Part shown: positions 42,698 through 52,837 of the stretch, one piece after another
How the letters are laid out: every line of letters starts with the position of its first letter
Numbering within the stretch: the stretch's first letter is position 1
Origin: Cyanobacteria bacterium P01_D01_bin.156
Lineage (GTDB): Bacteria > Cyanobacteriota > Cyanobacteriia > Phormidesmidales > Phormidesmidaceae
Direction of reading: 5' to 3'
Assembly (NCBI GenBank): GCA_039024555.1
Contig: JBCCQQ010000001.1
Coordinates: forward strand, 224,001 to 288,000
DNA length: 64,000 nucleotides
Made by a program: the position numbers and the translations under genes
The notes under the pieces: generated by a model
Databases searched by the model: none
Told to the model about the DNA's origin: nothing
The model's input: the letters and a program-made list of their open reading frames with translations, nothing else

Positions 42698-43627
42698 CTA
42701 CAGTACACGTGCCCGTAAAAGAGCCGGAGGTAAGCATAACAGCTTACGTACCGTTGGCACAAAAGCTCGTCGGTTAAATACATCGTACTGATTTTCAGCA
42801 ATCACATCCAAAATCTTGCGATAGAGCATCAGAGCAGACCAAACTGGCCAGCGTGCGTCTGGACTGAGTAACGTAATTCCCTCCTCAGCTTGACGATAAA
42901 ACTTTAAGGCCCGTTGAATTTGAAAACGCATCAGAGCACGCCAGCGATCGTCAATAACGCCATTAATCAAGTCACGCTCACTGTAGTTAAATAGCTCTAG
43001 ATCTTCGAGGGGAAGATAGATACGGCCACGCCTGGCATCCTCTCCTACATCGCGTAAAATATTAGTTAGCTGATTAGCAATTCCCAAAGCAACTGCTTCT
43101 TCAATTGGGCAGGGAATTGCGTTTGCCCAGGGTGCCGTATTGTATTCAGGATCCACACCCATCACGACTGTAGACATGAGGCCTACGGTTCCAGCCACAC
43201 GGTAGCAATACAGTTTTAGGTCTTCAAATGTTTCGTAACGAGAACATCTGAGGTCCATACGCTGCCCCTCAATCATATCTCGAAATGGTTGAATCTCTAA
43301 ATCGAAATGATCCAGGGCATCCACCATTGCTACATCGTAGTCATCTTGAGGGTGGCCAGAGAAAACAGCTTCAAGCTGAGCTTCCCAATCATCTAGAGTG
43401 GCTTCGGTGGTAAATTCTGCAGACGGTCCATCCACCAACTCATCTGTACGACGGCACCATACATAGATCGCCCAAATTGCCCTACGTTTTACTTCAGACA
43501 TGAGCATTGTCCCCATGTAAAAGGTCTTTGAGTACTTTGCCGTAATTTGGCGACAGCGCTCATATGACTCTTCTAAGGATGCCAACATGGGGGCAGGAGA
43601 GACAGCGGTAGTGGGTTGCAACAGCAT
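42698..43627 (-). CDS. crtB: phytoene synthase
   Basis: YVWCRRTDELVD, YCYRVAGTVG, QLTNILRDVGED. Confidence 0.97.
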   Translation of the reverse strand: MLLQPTTAVSPAPMLASLEESYERCRQITAKYSKTFYMGTMLMSEVKRRAIWAIYVWCRRTDELVDGPSAEFTTEATLDDWEAQLEAVFSGHPQDDYDVAMVDALDHFDLEIQPFRDMIEGQRMDLRCSRYETFEDLKLYCYRVAGTVGLMSTVVMGVDPEYNTAPWANAIPCPIEEAVALGIANQLTNILRDVGEDARRGRIYLPLEDLELFNYSERDLINGVIDDRWRALMRFQIQRALKFYRQAEEGITLLSPDARWPVWSALMLYRKILDVIAENQYDVFNRRAFVPTVRKLLCLPPALLRARVL

Positions 43628-43807
43628 AGGTGTCCTATTCAACAAAAAGCGTCATGGGCCAGCGGCGAGTTGAAAAGCAATGGCTGAATTTGCTACCACG
43701 ATATGACAAATCAAATTCACCTTACAAACCGTTAGGCGTTACCAGTACCTCAGAGCAACACATGCTCACGTGTCCCTTCGAATTTCAACCATTATAGATT
43801 TTTAAGC

Positions 43808-43825
43808 GTTACATTCTGATACAGA
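43808..43825 (+). promoter_or_regulatory. HLR1-like repeat in the crtB/glyA divergent region
   Basis: GTTACATT-CT-GATACAGA, with a further GTAACATT at 43829-43836. Confidence 0.4.
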
Positions 43826-44011
43826 AACGTAACATTTACCTGTAAAGGTTCTGTGTGTCGGTATTGCATAGAAGCTTTTATCCGTACATATTGCCGCTAG
43901 AAACCCTCCACAACGGTACGGTACTATAGCTTGCTAGCAGAACAGATTTTTCTTCTTTAACCTCGACCTAGGATGTCAGCCAGGTCAATTGCAACTAGAG
44001 CATCCATCCCC

Positions 44012-45298
44012 ATGACCAAAAATAACTTTGATTTTCTGAGACAAACCGATCCAGAACTGACCGCTATTGTTGAACGGGAACGTCAACGTCAGCAAGAACA
44101 TTTAGAACTCATTGCAAGTGAAAACTTCACATCCCCTGCTGTGATGGCCGCTCAAGGCTCTGTATTGACTAATAAGTATGCAGAAGGACTCCCTCATAAG
44201 CGTTATTACGGTGGCTGTGAATTTGTAGATCAAGCAGAGGCATTGGCCATTGACCGCATCAAGCAGCTATTTGGGGCAGCCCATGCTAATGTTCAGCCTC
44301 ACTCAGGCGCTCAAGCAAACTTCGCGGTCTTTCTAGCGTTACTGCAACCTGGCGACACCATTATGGGGATGGACCTCTCCCACGGGGGTCATTTGACCCA
44401 TGGTTCTCCAGTTAATGTTTCGGGTAAGTGGTTCAACGTCGTGCAATATGGTGTTAGCCAGGACACGGAACAGCTAGACTACGAGGCCATTCGCGAGTTA
44501 GCCCTGCAGCACCGTCCAAAGCTGATTGTATGTGGGTATTCTGCATATCCTCGGACTATTCACTTTGACAAGTTCCGCGCGATCGCAGACGAAATTGATG
44601 CCTACCTTATGGCGGATATTGCCCATATTGCGGGTCTTGTAGCTGCGGGCTGTCATCCTACCCCCTTACCCCATTGCCACGTGGTCACAACCACCACCCA
44701 TAAGACCTTACGAGGCCCTCGAGGTGGACTAATTATGACGAACGATTTGGACCTGGGTAAAAAATTCGACAAGGCTGTTTTCCCAGGCAGTCAAGGTGGA
44801 CCTTTAGAGCATGTGATCGCGGCTAAAGCCGTGGCCTTTGGAGAAGCACTGCAACCTGACTTTAAAACCTACTGTGCCCAAGTCATTGCTAATGCCCAAG
44901 CTTTAGCCGCTCAGCTACAGTCCAGAGGATTTAAGGTGGTGTCTGATGGCACCGATAACCATCTAGTCCTTGTGGACCTACGTTCCATTGGCATGACTGG
45001 TAAGCAAGCTGACGCTCTAGTCAGTATGGTCAACATTACAGCTAACAAAAATACAGTTCCATTTGACCCAGAATCTCCCTTTGTCACCAGTGGCCTACGG
45101 TTAGGTTCACCAGCCATGACCACTCGAGGACTGGGCATCGAAGAATTTAAGGAGATTGCAAACATCATTGCAGATCGGTTGTTGTCCCCCGAAGATAGTA
45201 ATGTGGAAGCGAGCTGCCTCAATCGAGTGGCTATGCTTTGTGAGCGTTTTCCTTTGTATCCCCACCTGCAGACAAGAGAAAAAGTGGTATTTGCCTAA
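44012..45298 (+). CDS. glyA: serine hydroxymethyltransferase
   Basis: [26 protein letters not shown]. Confidence 0.98.
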   Translation: MTKNNFDFLRQTDPELTAIVERERQRQQEHLELIASENFTSPAVMAAQGSVLTNKYAEGLPHKRYYGGCEFVDQAEALAIDRIKQLFGAAHANVQPHSGAQANFAVFLALLQPGDTIMGMDLSHGGHLTHGSPVNVSGKWFNVVQYGVSQDTEQLDYEAIRELALQHRPKLIVCGYSAYPRTIHFDKFRAIADEIDAYLMADIAHIAGLVAAGCHPTPLPHCHVVTTTTHKTLRGPRGGLIMTNDLDLGKKFDKAVFPGSQGGPLEHVIAAKAVAFGEALQPDFKTYCAQVIANAQALAAQLQSRGFKVVSDGTDNHLVLVDLRSIGMTGKQADALVSMVNITANKNTVPFDPESPFVTSGLRLGSPAMTTRGLGIEEFKEIANIIADRLLSPEDSNVEASCLNRVAMLCERFPLYPHLQTREKVVFA

Positions 45299-45306
45299 CG
45301 TTTAAC

Positions 45307-45356
45307 CCCCCAAAAACCCACTGGCCTCTCTAATTTAGCCAGTGGTTTTTTGGGGG
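45307..45356 (+). terminator. hairpin after glyA
   Basis: cccccaaaaacccactggc...gccagtggttttttggggg. Confidence 0.65.
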
Positions 45357-45605
45357 ATGCTTTGAGCAATTTAAGTCAACCGTCCATGACAAAGCCGACT
45401 AATCCATAGCTTCTCAACCCCTTCATAACTGTTTACTCAGCTTCTATAGATAACTTTATTGCTACATTTCTAACCTGATATTTATTGGCTTGAAAGTTTT
45501 AAAAAAACTGTTAGGGTTACGATGATTGTCGTATTTGCTGCCATCCTCTGCTGTTGACTGCAGCGGTAAGTCATCTCGCATCCTTTTTTTCACCCCCTGC
45601 CACCC

Positions 45606-46667
45606 ATGCCCTTCCAGATTTATCCTCTACTGGCGTTTGCTTTGTCAGCTGCTGTGGTGCTCGTAGCCACACCAATTGTCAAAAAAATTGGGCTACATAG
45701 TGGTCGTGTAGACATGCCTGGGGGCCGTAAGGTGCATAAGGTACCTATGGTGAGATTAGGGGGAGTATCTATCTTTCTAGGCACCGTAGTGGCATTGCTT
45801 ATGGTCTGGAAAACAGGTGGTTTTGTAGATGCCCAAGGTCAGCAACTCGTTAATGAACCGGAAGCAGAAATTTGGGGTGTAACTTTAGGAGGATTAGCCT
45901 TTTTTCTCATCGGTCTGTTGGATGATTTATTTGGGTTATCAGCCATCAGTCGTTTATTAATGCAATCTGTTGTGGCCGCAATCACCTGGTATGTAGGTGT
46001 AGATATTGCATTTGTATCCATTCCAGGGCTAGGAATTGTGCAGTTAGCGGCTTGGTTAAGCCTCCCATTGACAGTTATCTGGCTCGTAGGCATGGCCAAT
46101 GCGATTAACTGGATTGATGGCTTAGACGGTTTGGCAGCAGGGGTATCAGGAATTGCTGCCATTGTCATGATGTTGGTAGCTTTATTTATGGAACAACCAG
46201 CCGCCGCAATAATTGCGGCAGCCCTTGCAGGTGGAGCCCTCAGTTTTCTGAAATACAACTTCAATCCAGCTCAAATCTTTATGGGAGATGGTGGTGCTTA
46301 CTATATGGGGTTTACCCTGGCAGGTGTAGGTATCATTGGTCTGGTGAAAGGAGTTACAACTGCAGCCGTATTTTTGCCCTATCTTCTGATATTGGCAGTG
46401 CCCATTTTAGATATGTCAGCAGTTATTCTGGCTCGTTTACGACGCGGTTTATCTCCTTTCGTAGCCGACAAGCGTCATTTGCACCATCGCCTATTGAATG
46501 CAGGCCTGTCCCATCGTTTCACAGTGTTATTTATCTATGCGTTGACGCTATGGGTTGGAAGTTTAGCCTTGGCACTGTCTGGAATGCCTAGTGGCACGAT
46601 TTATGCTCTGGGGTCAACCGCATTATTAAGCTACACCGGTTGGAGAGCAAAACGTCATGCGCGGTAA
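45606..46667 (+). CDS. MraY/WecA (Rfe) family undecaprenyl-phosphate GlcNAc-1-phosphate transferase
   Basis: RKVH..PMVRLGG, GLLDD, NAINWIDGLDGLA, FMGDGG, DKRHLHHRL. Confidence 0.92.
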   Translation: MPFQIYPLLAFALSAAVVLVATPIVKKIGLHSGRVDMPGGRKVHKVPMVRLGGVSIFLGTVVALLMVWKTGGFVDAQGQQLVNEPEAEIWGVTLGGLAFFLIGLLDDLFGLSAISRLLMQSVVAAITWYVGVDIAFVSIPGLGIVQLAAWLSLPLTVIWLVGMANAINWIDGLDGLAAGVSGIAAIVMMLVALFMEQPAAAIIAAALAGGALSFLKYNFNPAQIFMGDGGAYYMGFTLAGVGIIGLVKGVTTAAVFLPYLLILAVPILDMSAVILARLRRGLSPFVADKRHLHHRLLNAGLSHRFTVLFIYALTLWVGSLALALSGMPSGTIYALGSTALLSYTGWRAKRHAR

Positions 46668-46710
46668 TGGGAGTCTATGTGTCTAGATAGCCACAGTAGG
46701 TAAACTTGGT

Positions 46711-48285
46711 TTAATAAGGGTAGCGATAGGAGCGGGTCAAACGTCCCACGTCATACAAGTAAAAGGTTTCAGTCGTGGCACCTGCTCGCTGAGTTGTGAT
46801 CGTTGCTAATGGCTCAAATTTCTCAAAATAAGGGGCATAGGTAGCGCGGATATCATTTTGTTCGTAATCGGCAATGGACAAAAACAGTGCTGATTTACCT
46901 AGCCAATCCATTGGATTAAACCAAACGGTATGCCCCCGTGGATCCTGGGTAAAGGCCATCACTGGGGCTGATGTCATGGGACTAATCGCCATATCTACAT
47001 AGCCACTTAACCAAAATTCATTGGTCACTAGGAAATCGGCATCTGTGATTTCCCTCTCCAGCCCTTCTGATTGCAGTTGTCGGCGTAGCTGTACTACATC
47101 AATTAAAGTCGTTGTGGGATCTGATTCAGGCAGCATCAACTCAATCAGCCCCCCCGGTTGTTGCAATAGCCCTAGGCTGATGTGACCTAATGCAGCATTT
47201 AGCAGAATGGCCATGATGGTGGCACTGCTGGTTAACCAACGTCGCACAGCCAGCATTGGCCAGTTAGCGATTTCTGTTGCTAACAATAACCCAAGACTCC
47301 AAAGCCCTGGAGCAGGCCATGCAGGATAGATATGGGTAACTCCTCCTAGGCACGTAAACCCTAAAGATATGGGTAACCCCATCCATAGCAGGAATCGCTT
47401 TCGCTGATCACGGACTTGAAACACCCCTCGCAGACTAGTCCACCAAAGTGGAAAGCCAATGGATGGGAACATATAGGCAATGCCCACTAACCATACACCC
47501 ACCATGGTGAAACCATTAAAGGTAGTAGGAGTAGTATTGCCATCAAATCGGGTTGACAGGTGAAAACCAAAGGACAGCCAGTCATGGTTCGCATTCCAAT
47601 ATAAAAGAGGTGCCAGCGTCAAGACAAAAAGCAACAGGGCTACGGCAGTCCAAAGAGAAATTAACGCTCGCCGATGTTGCTGGCTAGTTAAGCAAAAACC
47701 GACGAGACTTAGGCCCAGAATAAAGCCGTGATACTTGCTTAAGCAGACAAACCCAAGCAATATCCCCATCAAAGCTATTTTGGCTGTAGGGCGATAAGGC
47801 CGCTGATGGTCAGGAAAAAACTCGTTGACCGCTACATACATTACCGCTGACCACCATAAGATCAGTGCATTATCTGGAGCTGCTAACAGACCAAAGCTAA
47901 AAATGAACAGGGGACATAGAGATGCGATCGCAACCCCCCACATACCCACCGTTGCATTAAATAACCGACGACCAATCAGGTACAACAACCCTGTACTCAC
48001 GCCATATAGAAACAACGCCCCTAGTCTCAAAGTAAAGGGCGAAATATACCCGGTTAACCAGGGGCCAATAGCAGTTGTCAACGCGACCATCACGGGATGG
48101 TCAAAATAGCTCCACCCCCAATGCTGGGTGTATAGAAAATAATAGGCTTCGTCAAATCCTGGCGGCAGTAACCAAGCGATCAAAAAGCGTAAACACCAAG
48201 ACCCTGCCAGGAGGCCCACAAGCCATTGGGGCCAAGAGGTGATTAGCTTTTCTAAACCTTGACTATTATGACCACTCATTACCAC
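46711..48285 (-). CDS. glycosyltransferase family 39 / ArnT-like membrane protein
   Basis: DEAYY, YFDHP, LAAPD, LSKY motifs; many TM helices. Confidence 0.88.
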   Translation of the reverse strand: MVMSGHNSQGLEKLITSWPQWLVGLLAGSWCLRFLIAWLLPPGFDEAYYFLYTQHWGWSYFDHPVMVALTTAIGPWLTGYISPFTLRLGALFLYGVSTGLLYLIGRRLFNATVGMWGVAIASLCPLFIFSFGLLAAPDNALILWWSAVMYVAVNEFFPDHQRPYRPTAKIALMGILLGFVCLSKYHGFILGLSLVGFCLTSQQHRRALISLWTAVALLLFVLTLAPLLYWNANHDWLSFGFHLSTRFDGNTTPTTFNGFTMVGVWLVGIAYMFPSIGFPLWWTSLRGVFQVRDQRKRFLLWMGLPISLGFTCLGGVTHIYPAWPAPGLWSLGLLLATEIANWPMLAVRRWLTSSATIMAILLNAALGHISLGLLQQPGGLIELMLPESDPTTTLIDVVQLRRQLQSEGLEREITDADFLVTNEFWLSGYVDMAISPMTSAPVMAFTQDPRGHTVWFNPMDWLGKSALFLSIADYEQNDIRATYAPYFEKFEPLATITTQRAGATTETFYLYDVGRLTRSYRYPY

Positions 48286-48526
48286 TGATAGTGATTCTGT
48301 CTGTTTAAGTATCAGATCAAATCATTGAGAAATGCCTTGCTCTCAACCAAAATGGCACTTGAGGACAAATCAGCGTCAATTCCTACCTTTAAGCTGGTGA
48401 ATTGTTGTCAGAAGCTCAACGTAGGTGCACTCTTCTAATCGAGCAGCGCAAGCATCAATATAGTTAACCTAGAAGCCTTGGATTCTTTAGCCAAGGTCTC
48501 TAGAACATCATTTCCCCAAAATCACT

Positions 48527-49783
48527 ATGATTAACAGCGCAGAAGTTATATGTGTAGGAACTGAACTCCTGCTGGGGGACATTCTCAATTCTAACGCGCA
48601 GTATTTAGCTCAGCAGTTAGCAAATTTAGGAATTGCCCATCACTACCAAACCGTTGTCGGAGACAATCCGCTTCGACTGACTAGGGCTATTGCCATTGCC
48701 TGTGAACGAGCACGATTAATTATTTTTACCGGAGGTTTAGGCCCCACACCAGACGACCTTACCACTGCAACAATCGCTGAATTCTTTGGGGTCCCCTTAG
48801 TGGAAAACGCTGACGTACTGGCCGATATCAAGGCAAAATTTACCCAGCGAAATCGCCCTATGCCTGCGAGTAATCGTAAACAGGCACTGCTACCAGACGG
48901 AGCTCAAGTATTACCCAACCCTCAGGGAACAGCCCCCGGACTCCTATGGCAACCTCGGCCAGGTTTACATCTGATAACCTTTCCTGGAGTCCCACGAGAA
49001 CTTTACACAATGTGGCAGACAACAGCTGCGGACTACCTGCGGGAGCAAGGATTGAATCAAGGAGTGATTCACAGCCGCACTCTTAAGTTTTGGGGTACTA
49101 GTGAATCTGGATTAGCAGCTAAAGTCAATGACTTTCTCCAGATGGAAAATCCGACTGTTGCCCCCTATGCAGAAGACGGAGTCATTAAATTGAGGATTTC
49201 GGCGCAGGCTGCTTCTTTACAGTCGGCACAGCAACTCATTGAGCCAGTAGCGCAGCAGCTTCGACAGATTGGAGGAATTGACTGTTTTGGAGAAGATAAC
49301 GATACCCTAGGGCATGCTGTAGGGCGATTACTTCTAAAGCGTGAGGAAACATTGTCAGTCGCTGAATCCTGTACTGGGGGAGGTTTAGGTGAAAATATAA
49401 CGTCTGTCTCAGGCAGTTCTACTTACTTCATGGGTGGAGTTATTGCCTACGACAATCGCATCAAAGAACAATTACTAGGCGTATCTGCTCCGGCATTGGC
49501 AGAGCATGGAGCCGTAAGCAGCATAGTAGCCGAGCAAATGGCAATCGGTATCCGTAAAAAACTAGCGACCGATTGGGGTATCAGCATTACCGGGATTGCA
49601 GGCCCCGGTGGGGGCAGCGTGGAAAAACCCGTTGGGCTCGTCTATGTGGGTATTGCAAACGCCTTAGAAGTACGACACCTTGAATGCCGCTTTGGCCAGA
49701 AAAAAGATCGCGATTGGATTCGCTTAATGAGTCGGAATACAGCTTTGGATGTTCTACGGCGATCCCTGCTGGAAAATACTTAG
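48527..49783 (+). CDS. cinA: competence/damage-inducible protein CinA (MoCF plus PncC domains)
   Basis: VGTELLLG, TGGLGPTPDD, AESCTGG, GIAGPGGG. Confidence 0.95.
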   Translation: MINSAEVICVGTELLLGDILNSNAQYLAQQLANLGIAHHYQTVVGDNPLRLTRAIAIACERARLIIFTGGLGPTPDDLTTATIAEFFGVPLVENADVLADIKAKFTQRNRPMPASNRKQALLPDGAQVLPNPQGTAPGLLWQPRPGLHLITFPGVPRELYTMWQTTAADYLREQGLNQGVIHSRTLKFWGTSESGLAAKVNDFLQMENPTVAPYAEDGVIKLRISAQAASLQSAQQLIEPVAQQLRQIGGIDCFGEDNDTLGHAVGRLLLKREETLSVAESCTGGGLGENITSVSGSSTYFMGGVIAYDNRIKEQLLGVSAPALAEHGAVSSIVAEQMAIGIRKKLATDWGISITGIAGPGGGSVEKPVGLVYVGIANALEVRHLECRFGQKKDRDWIRLMSRNTALDVLRRSLLENT

Positions 49784-49889
49784 AAAGATTTACGTAGCCT
49801 GTAGCGTTCTGCCGCCTTGATCATTTCTTACAATTCGTTATCATAGTGAATACTCCCACATAGGCAACTTAACCGAAGTTCACTTCAAG

Positions 49890-49917
49890 TTGATTTGCTA
49901 TTTGTGAAACCTATAAT
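49890..49917 (+). promoter_or_regulatory. sigma70-like promoter of the small ORF
   Basis: TTGATT-N16-TATAAT; HLR1-like CTTACAAT-TC-GTTATCAT upstream at 49827-49844. Confidence 0.55.
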
Positions 49918-49965
49918 GGTTTTACGCTGTTGCTGAACCAGATCAAATTAGGAGCACCCTCGCTC

Positions 49966-50094
49966 ATGGATATTGGCAAAATTCTGGAAAAGTTGAAAAA
50001 CTGGGTAAATCGAGTTCTCGATTCTTTACTAGGTCCTTCAGCGCAACCGGAACCAGAAGCAATTCCCATTCCGGTAAACGATCGTCGTCGTTAG
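49966..50094 (+). CDS. atpT: small protein, AtpTheta (Norf1)-like ATP synthase inhibitor, 42 aa
   Basis: MDIGKILEKLKNWVNRVLDSLLGPSAQPEPEAIPIPVNDRRR; AGGAG RBS; amphipathic helix plus PEPE..IPIPV tail; missed by the ORF track. Confidence 0.75.
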   Translation: MDIGKILEKLKNWVNRVLDSLLGPSAQPEPEAIPIPVNDRRR

Positions 50095-50142
50095 TTTTTG
50101 CCGATTTTCTAAATGTTTGTAATTTAGTACCACCCAAACTTA

Positions 50143-50184
50143 AAAGCTTGTATACAGTTCAGATGGGAACTGTATACAAGCTTT
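50143..50184. terminator. hairpin (18-bp arms) after the small ORF
   Basis: aaagcttgtatacagttc-agatgg-gaactgtatacaagcttt. Confidence 0.7.
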
Positions 50185-50217
50185 GGTAGTATTTATCTGT
50201 AGTGTTTGATTGGTTAC

Positions 50218-50658
50218 TTGAGTAAGGTTTTAGTTTTGCATGGCCCCAACCTGAATATGTTGGGCAATCGTGAGCCAGGAATTTACGGTGTTAACACCCT
50301 GGATGAAGTAAATTCGGCTCTGAGGGCGCTAGCTGATATCCTAGGTTCATCTATTAGTTTTTATCAGTCAAATCACGAAGGTGATTTAATTGATGTTATT
50401 CAAAATGCTCTTGGAAACCAGGACGGTTTGCTTATCAATCCGGGTGCTTATACCCACACTAGTGTTGCTATTAGGGATGCGATCGCATCAGTTGCAATTC
50501 CAACAGTTGAAGTTCACTTGAGTAATATTCACAAGCGCGAAGAATTCCGCCACCACTCGTATATAGCTCCCGTTGCAGTTGGGCAGATATGTGGTTTTGG
50601 AATCGAGAGCTATCGTCTAGGATTACGAGCTTTAGTGAATTATCTGAGAAAATCTTAG
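50218..50658 (+). CDS. aroQ: type II 3-dehydroquinate dehydratase
   Basis: [39 protein letters not shown] start inferred. Confidence 0.96.
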   Translation: MSKVLVLHGPNLNMLGNREPGIYGVNTLDEVNSALRALADILGSSISFYQSNHEGDLIDVIQNALGNQDGLLINPGAYTHTSVAIRDAIASVAIPTVEVHLSNIHKREEFRHHSYIAPVAVGQICGFGIESYRLGLRALVNYLRKS

Positions 50659-50678
50659 TACACCAATTTTGTTAAGGA

Positions 50679-51974
50679 CTAGTCATCCTTATCTATTTTT
50701 GAAGGAACAGAACCGTTTTTGTTAGCTGCATCTTCTGGCTCTGCAGCATGCGGTTCTGAGGACTGGCTTTCCATTTGTATCTTAAGCTTCTCTAGCTGCT
50801 CAGTCATAATGCTAGCCATTGTACCCGGCATACGCTGCTGTACCCAAACCATGCTTGCAGATAGTAAAAGTTCCTTGAGATAAGCATAGGAGAACTTTTC
50901 AGCAGCCTCAGCAATCACTTTGATTTCCTCTAAAGATAGCCGCATGGCTACCTTGAGTTTTTGATTCCAAAGCTGAAGATACGCAACTCGGTCGTCCACC
51001 TTAGGTGTTTCGAAATGATACTTACGATCAAAGCGACTTGGGCGTTCTAGGATAGCAATATCTAATCGTTCTGGATGATTGGTGGAGGCAATCATCAGAA
51101 CACCATCATTTAAAGCAAAACCATCTAGCTCATTTAAGAAAAACGATCGGTTTTCATCATCGACCAAGGCATCTAAGTCCTCAATAACCACGATACAGGG
51201 GGCTGATTCCCGCACACGATTAAAGGCCAGACGCATATTATCTGTATCAGTACTCTGACGGGTTTTAAAACTTTTGATATACAAACATGGATACCCGAGG
51301 GAATTAACCAGGGCCTTAACCATGTGAGTTTTACCATTACCCGGAGGACCAATGAACAAAAGTCCTCGTTTCCAAGGCACATTGTAGTCAGAATACATGG
51401 TCTGGGATTCAAAAAAGCGCTGAGCATCCCTATAAATATCTTCCTTCAAAGTGCCAGCCAACACTAAATTATCAAGGGTTGCACCTTTGATCGACTCATA
51501 CAGATCGCGATTTTTTTGCCAAAATCCCCCTTCAAAGACAAGCACCTCTTCCCTAATCTGAGAGTTCCATTGGCAAACAGCTGCAAAGAAATCATCAGCA
51601 ACTGCTTGGGTGTCAGCCAAAATCCAGTAATAGCGGCAATCATCAAAATACCCTTGGGGCCAAGAAAGCTGAAGCACCATCAAGGTGTGCCCTTGCCAAG
51701 TTACCTCAAAACAAAAATTCTTTTGTTCGTAGCGAAAGTCTTGCTTTTTGGCATCCCACAGGGTCATCACATGATTGTGAACCGTGGTAGTCCGGCTGTT
51801 AGCGGCATATCCCGGAGGCAAACTCACCGTACTGACCACTTCAGTAGTGCATAGTTTTTCCTCAGCATACTTGCGAAGATCAAAATAGTAACTATCGCCT
51901 TCTACAACTGCCTTACCTGGAAAACTTTCTGTCAAAAACTGACTGACATAGTAAGGAATAGACGCAGGGGACAT
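50679..51974 (-). CDS. stand-alone AAA+ ATPase (BCS1-like)
   Basis: PWKRGLLFIGPPGNGKT, VVVIEDLD, TNHPERLD...RPSRFD. Confidence 0.88.
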   Translation of the reverse strand: MSPASIPYYVSQFLTESFPGKAVVEGDSYYFDLRKYAEEKLCTTEVVSTVSLPPGYAANSRTTTVHNHVMTLWDAKKQDFRYEQKNFCFEVTWQGHTLMVLQLSWPQGYFDDCRYYWILADTQAVADDFFAAVCQWNSQIREEVLVFEGGFWQKNRDLYESIKGATLDNLVLAGTLKEDIYRDAQRFFESQTMYSDYNVPWKRGLLFIGPPGNGKTHMVKALVNSLGYPCLYIKSFKTRQSTDTDNMRLAFNRVRESAPCIVVIEDLDALVDDENRSFFLNELDGFALNDGVLMIASTNHPERLDIAILERPSRFDRKYHFETPKVDDRVAYLQLWNQKLKVAMRLSLEEIKVIAEAAEKFSYAYLKELLLSASMVWVQQRMPGTMASIMTEQLEKLKIQMESQSSEPHAAEPEDAANKNGSVPSKIDKDD

Positions 51975-52256
51975 CCTCAGCGCTTCTAAGATCAAGTAGG
52001 TAAGATTAACTGAACGCGAGCTCGATGAATAAAGCATGCTGAGGCATATCTGTATAGCACAGATGATTAGGGAGTTAGGCTATTACTGAATTTGAGAGGC
52101 ACTGCTATCAAAATTCAGCACAGTAAACCTGAGTCTGATCAAACCATGGCTTTATATTTTGCATTGCTTTTTTATCGTTGTTTGGAAAAATTGGGTTTCT
52201 CAACGAAATTTCGTAACCTATGTTAGTTTGGCCACACTATACTCCGGAGAGGTGCC

Positions 52257-52832
52257 ATGGGTGATGGGCAGGGCAATCCATTCATCAGCAATCCCTTTAT
52301 GCAAGGGGCATCAAAGATGCAAGGAGCATCAAAAAAGAAAATATCCATCTCAGAAACAGAACCTAAACGGAAACCCCAACTTACGGATGAGCCCAAGGCT
52401 AAACTGACTATCCCGAAAGAAAGCTCAGAAGCTGGCGCTCTCAAAAAGTCTGCATCAGTAACTGAAAAGCCAAAAGTCCAGTCCACAGGTAAAACAGCGG
52501 CAAAAGGGACGAAAAAAACCAAAGTTACCTCCCGCGCTAAGTCTAAAAGGAACGTTGCGGATACCACACCTGAACCATCGTCTTATAGCCCCAGTAGCAC
52601 CAAGGATGGCTACCGGGTTCAGGTCTTAGCAAAAATTCCTATGCCCACCAATACTAATATGCCCAGCCGAGATTATCTGTGGTTTGCGGTATATCCCATC
52701 ATTCCTCGCATCGGAGATTGTATTTTCCATGATGGACGATATTTTCGAGTGGATGCTGTTTTTCTCTATGAAAACACCAATGCCGGCTGGTGTGCTGATT
52801 TAGAAGTGTCTTACTACATGCGTCGCCACTAA
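52257..52832 (+). CDS. hypothetical protein with Lys/Ser/Thr-rich N-terminus and small C-terminal domain
   Basis: 191 aa; GGAGAGG upstream; C-terminal PRIGD-containing beta-rich segment. Confidence 0.65.
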   Translation: MGDGQGNPFISNPFMQGASKMQGASKKKISISETEPKRKPQLTDEPKAKLTIPKESSEAGALKKSASVTEKPKVQSTGKTAAKGTKKTKVTSRAKSKRNVADTTPEPSSYSPSSTKDGYRVQVLAKIPMPTNTNMPSRDYLWFAVYPIIPRIGDCIFHDGRYFRVDAVFLYENTNAGWCADLEVSYYMRRH

Positions 52833-52837
52833 GAAAA

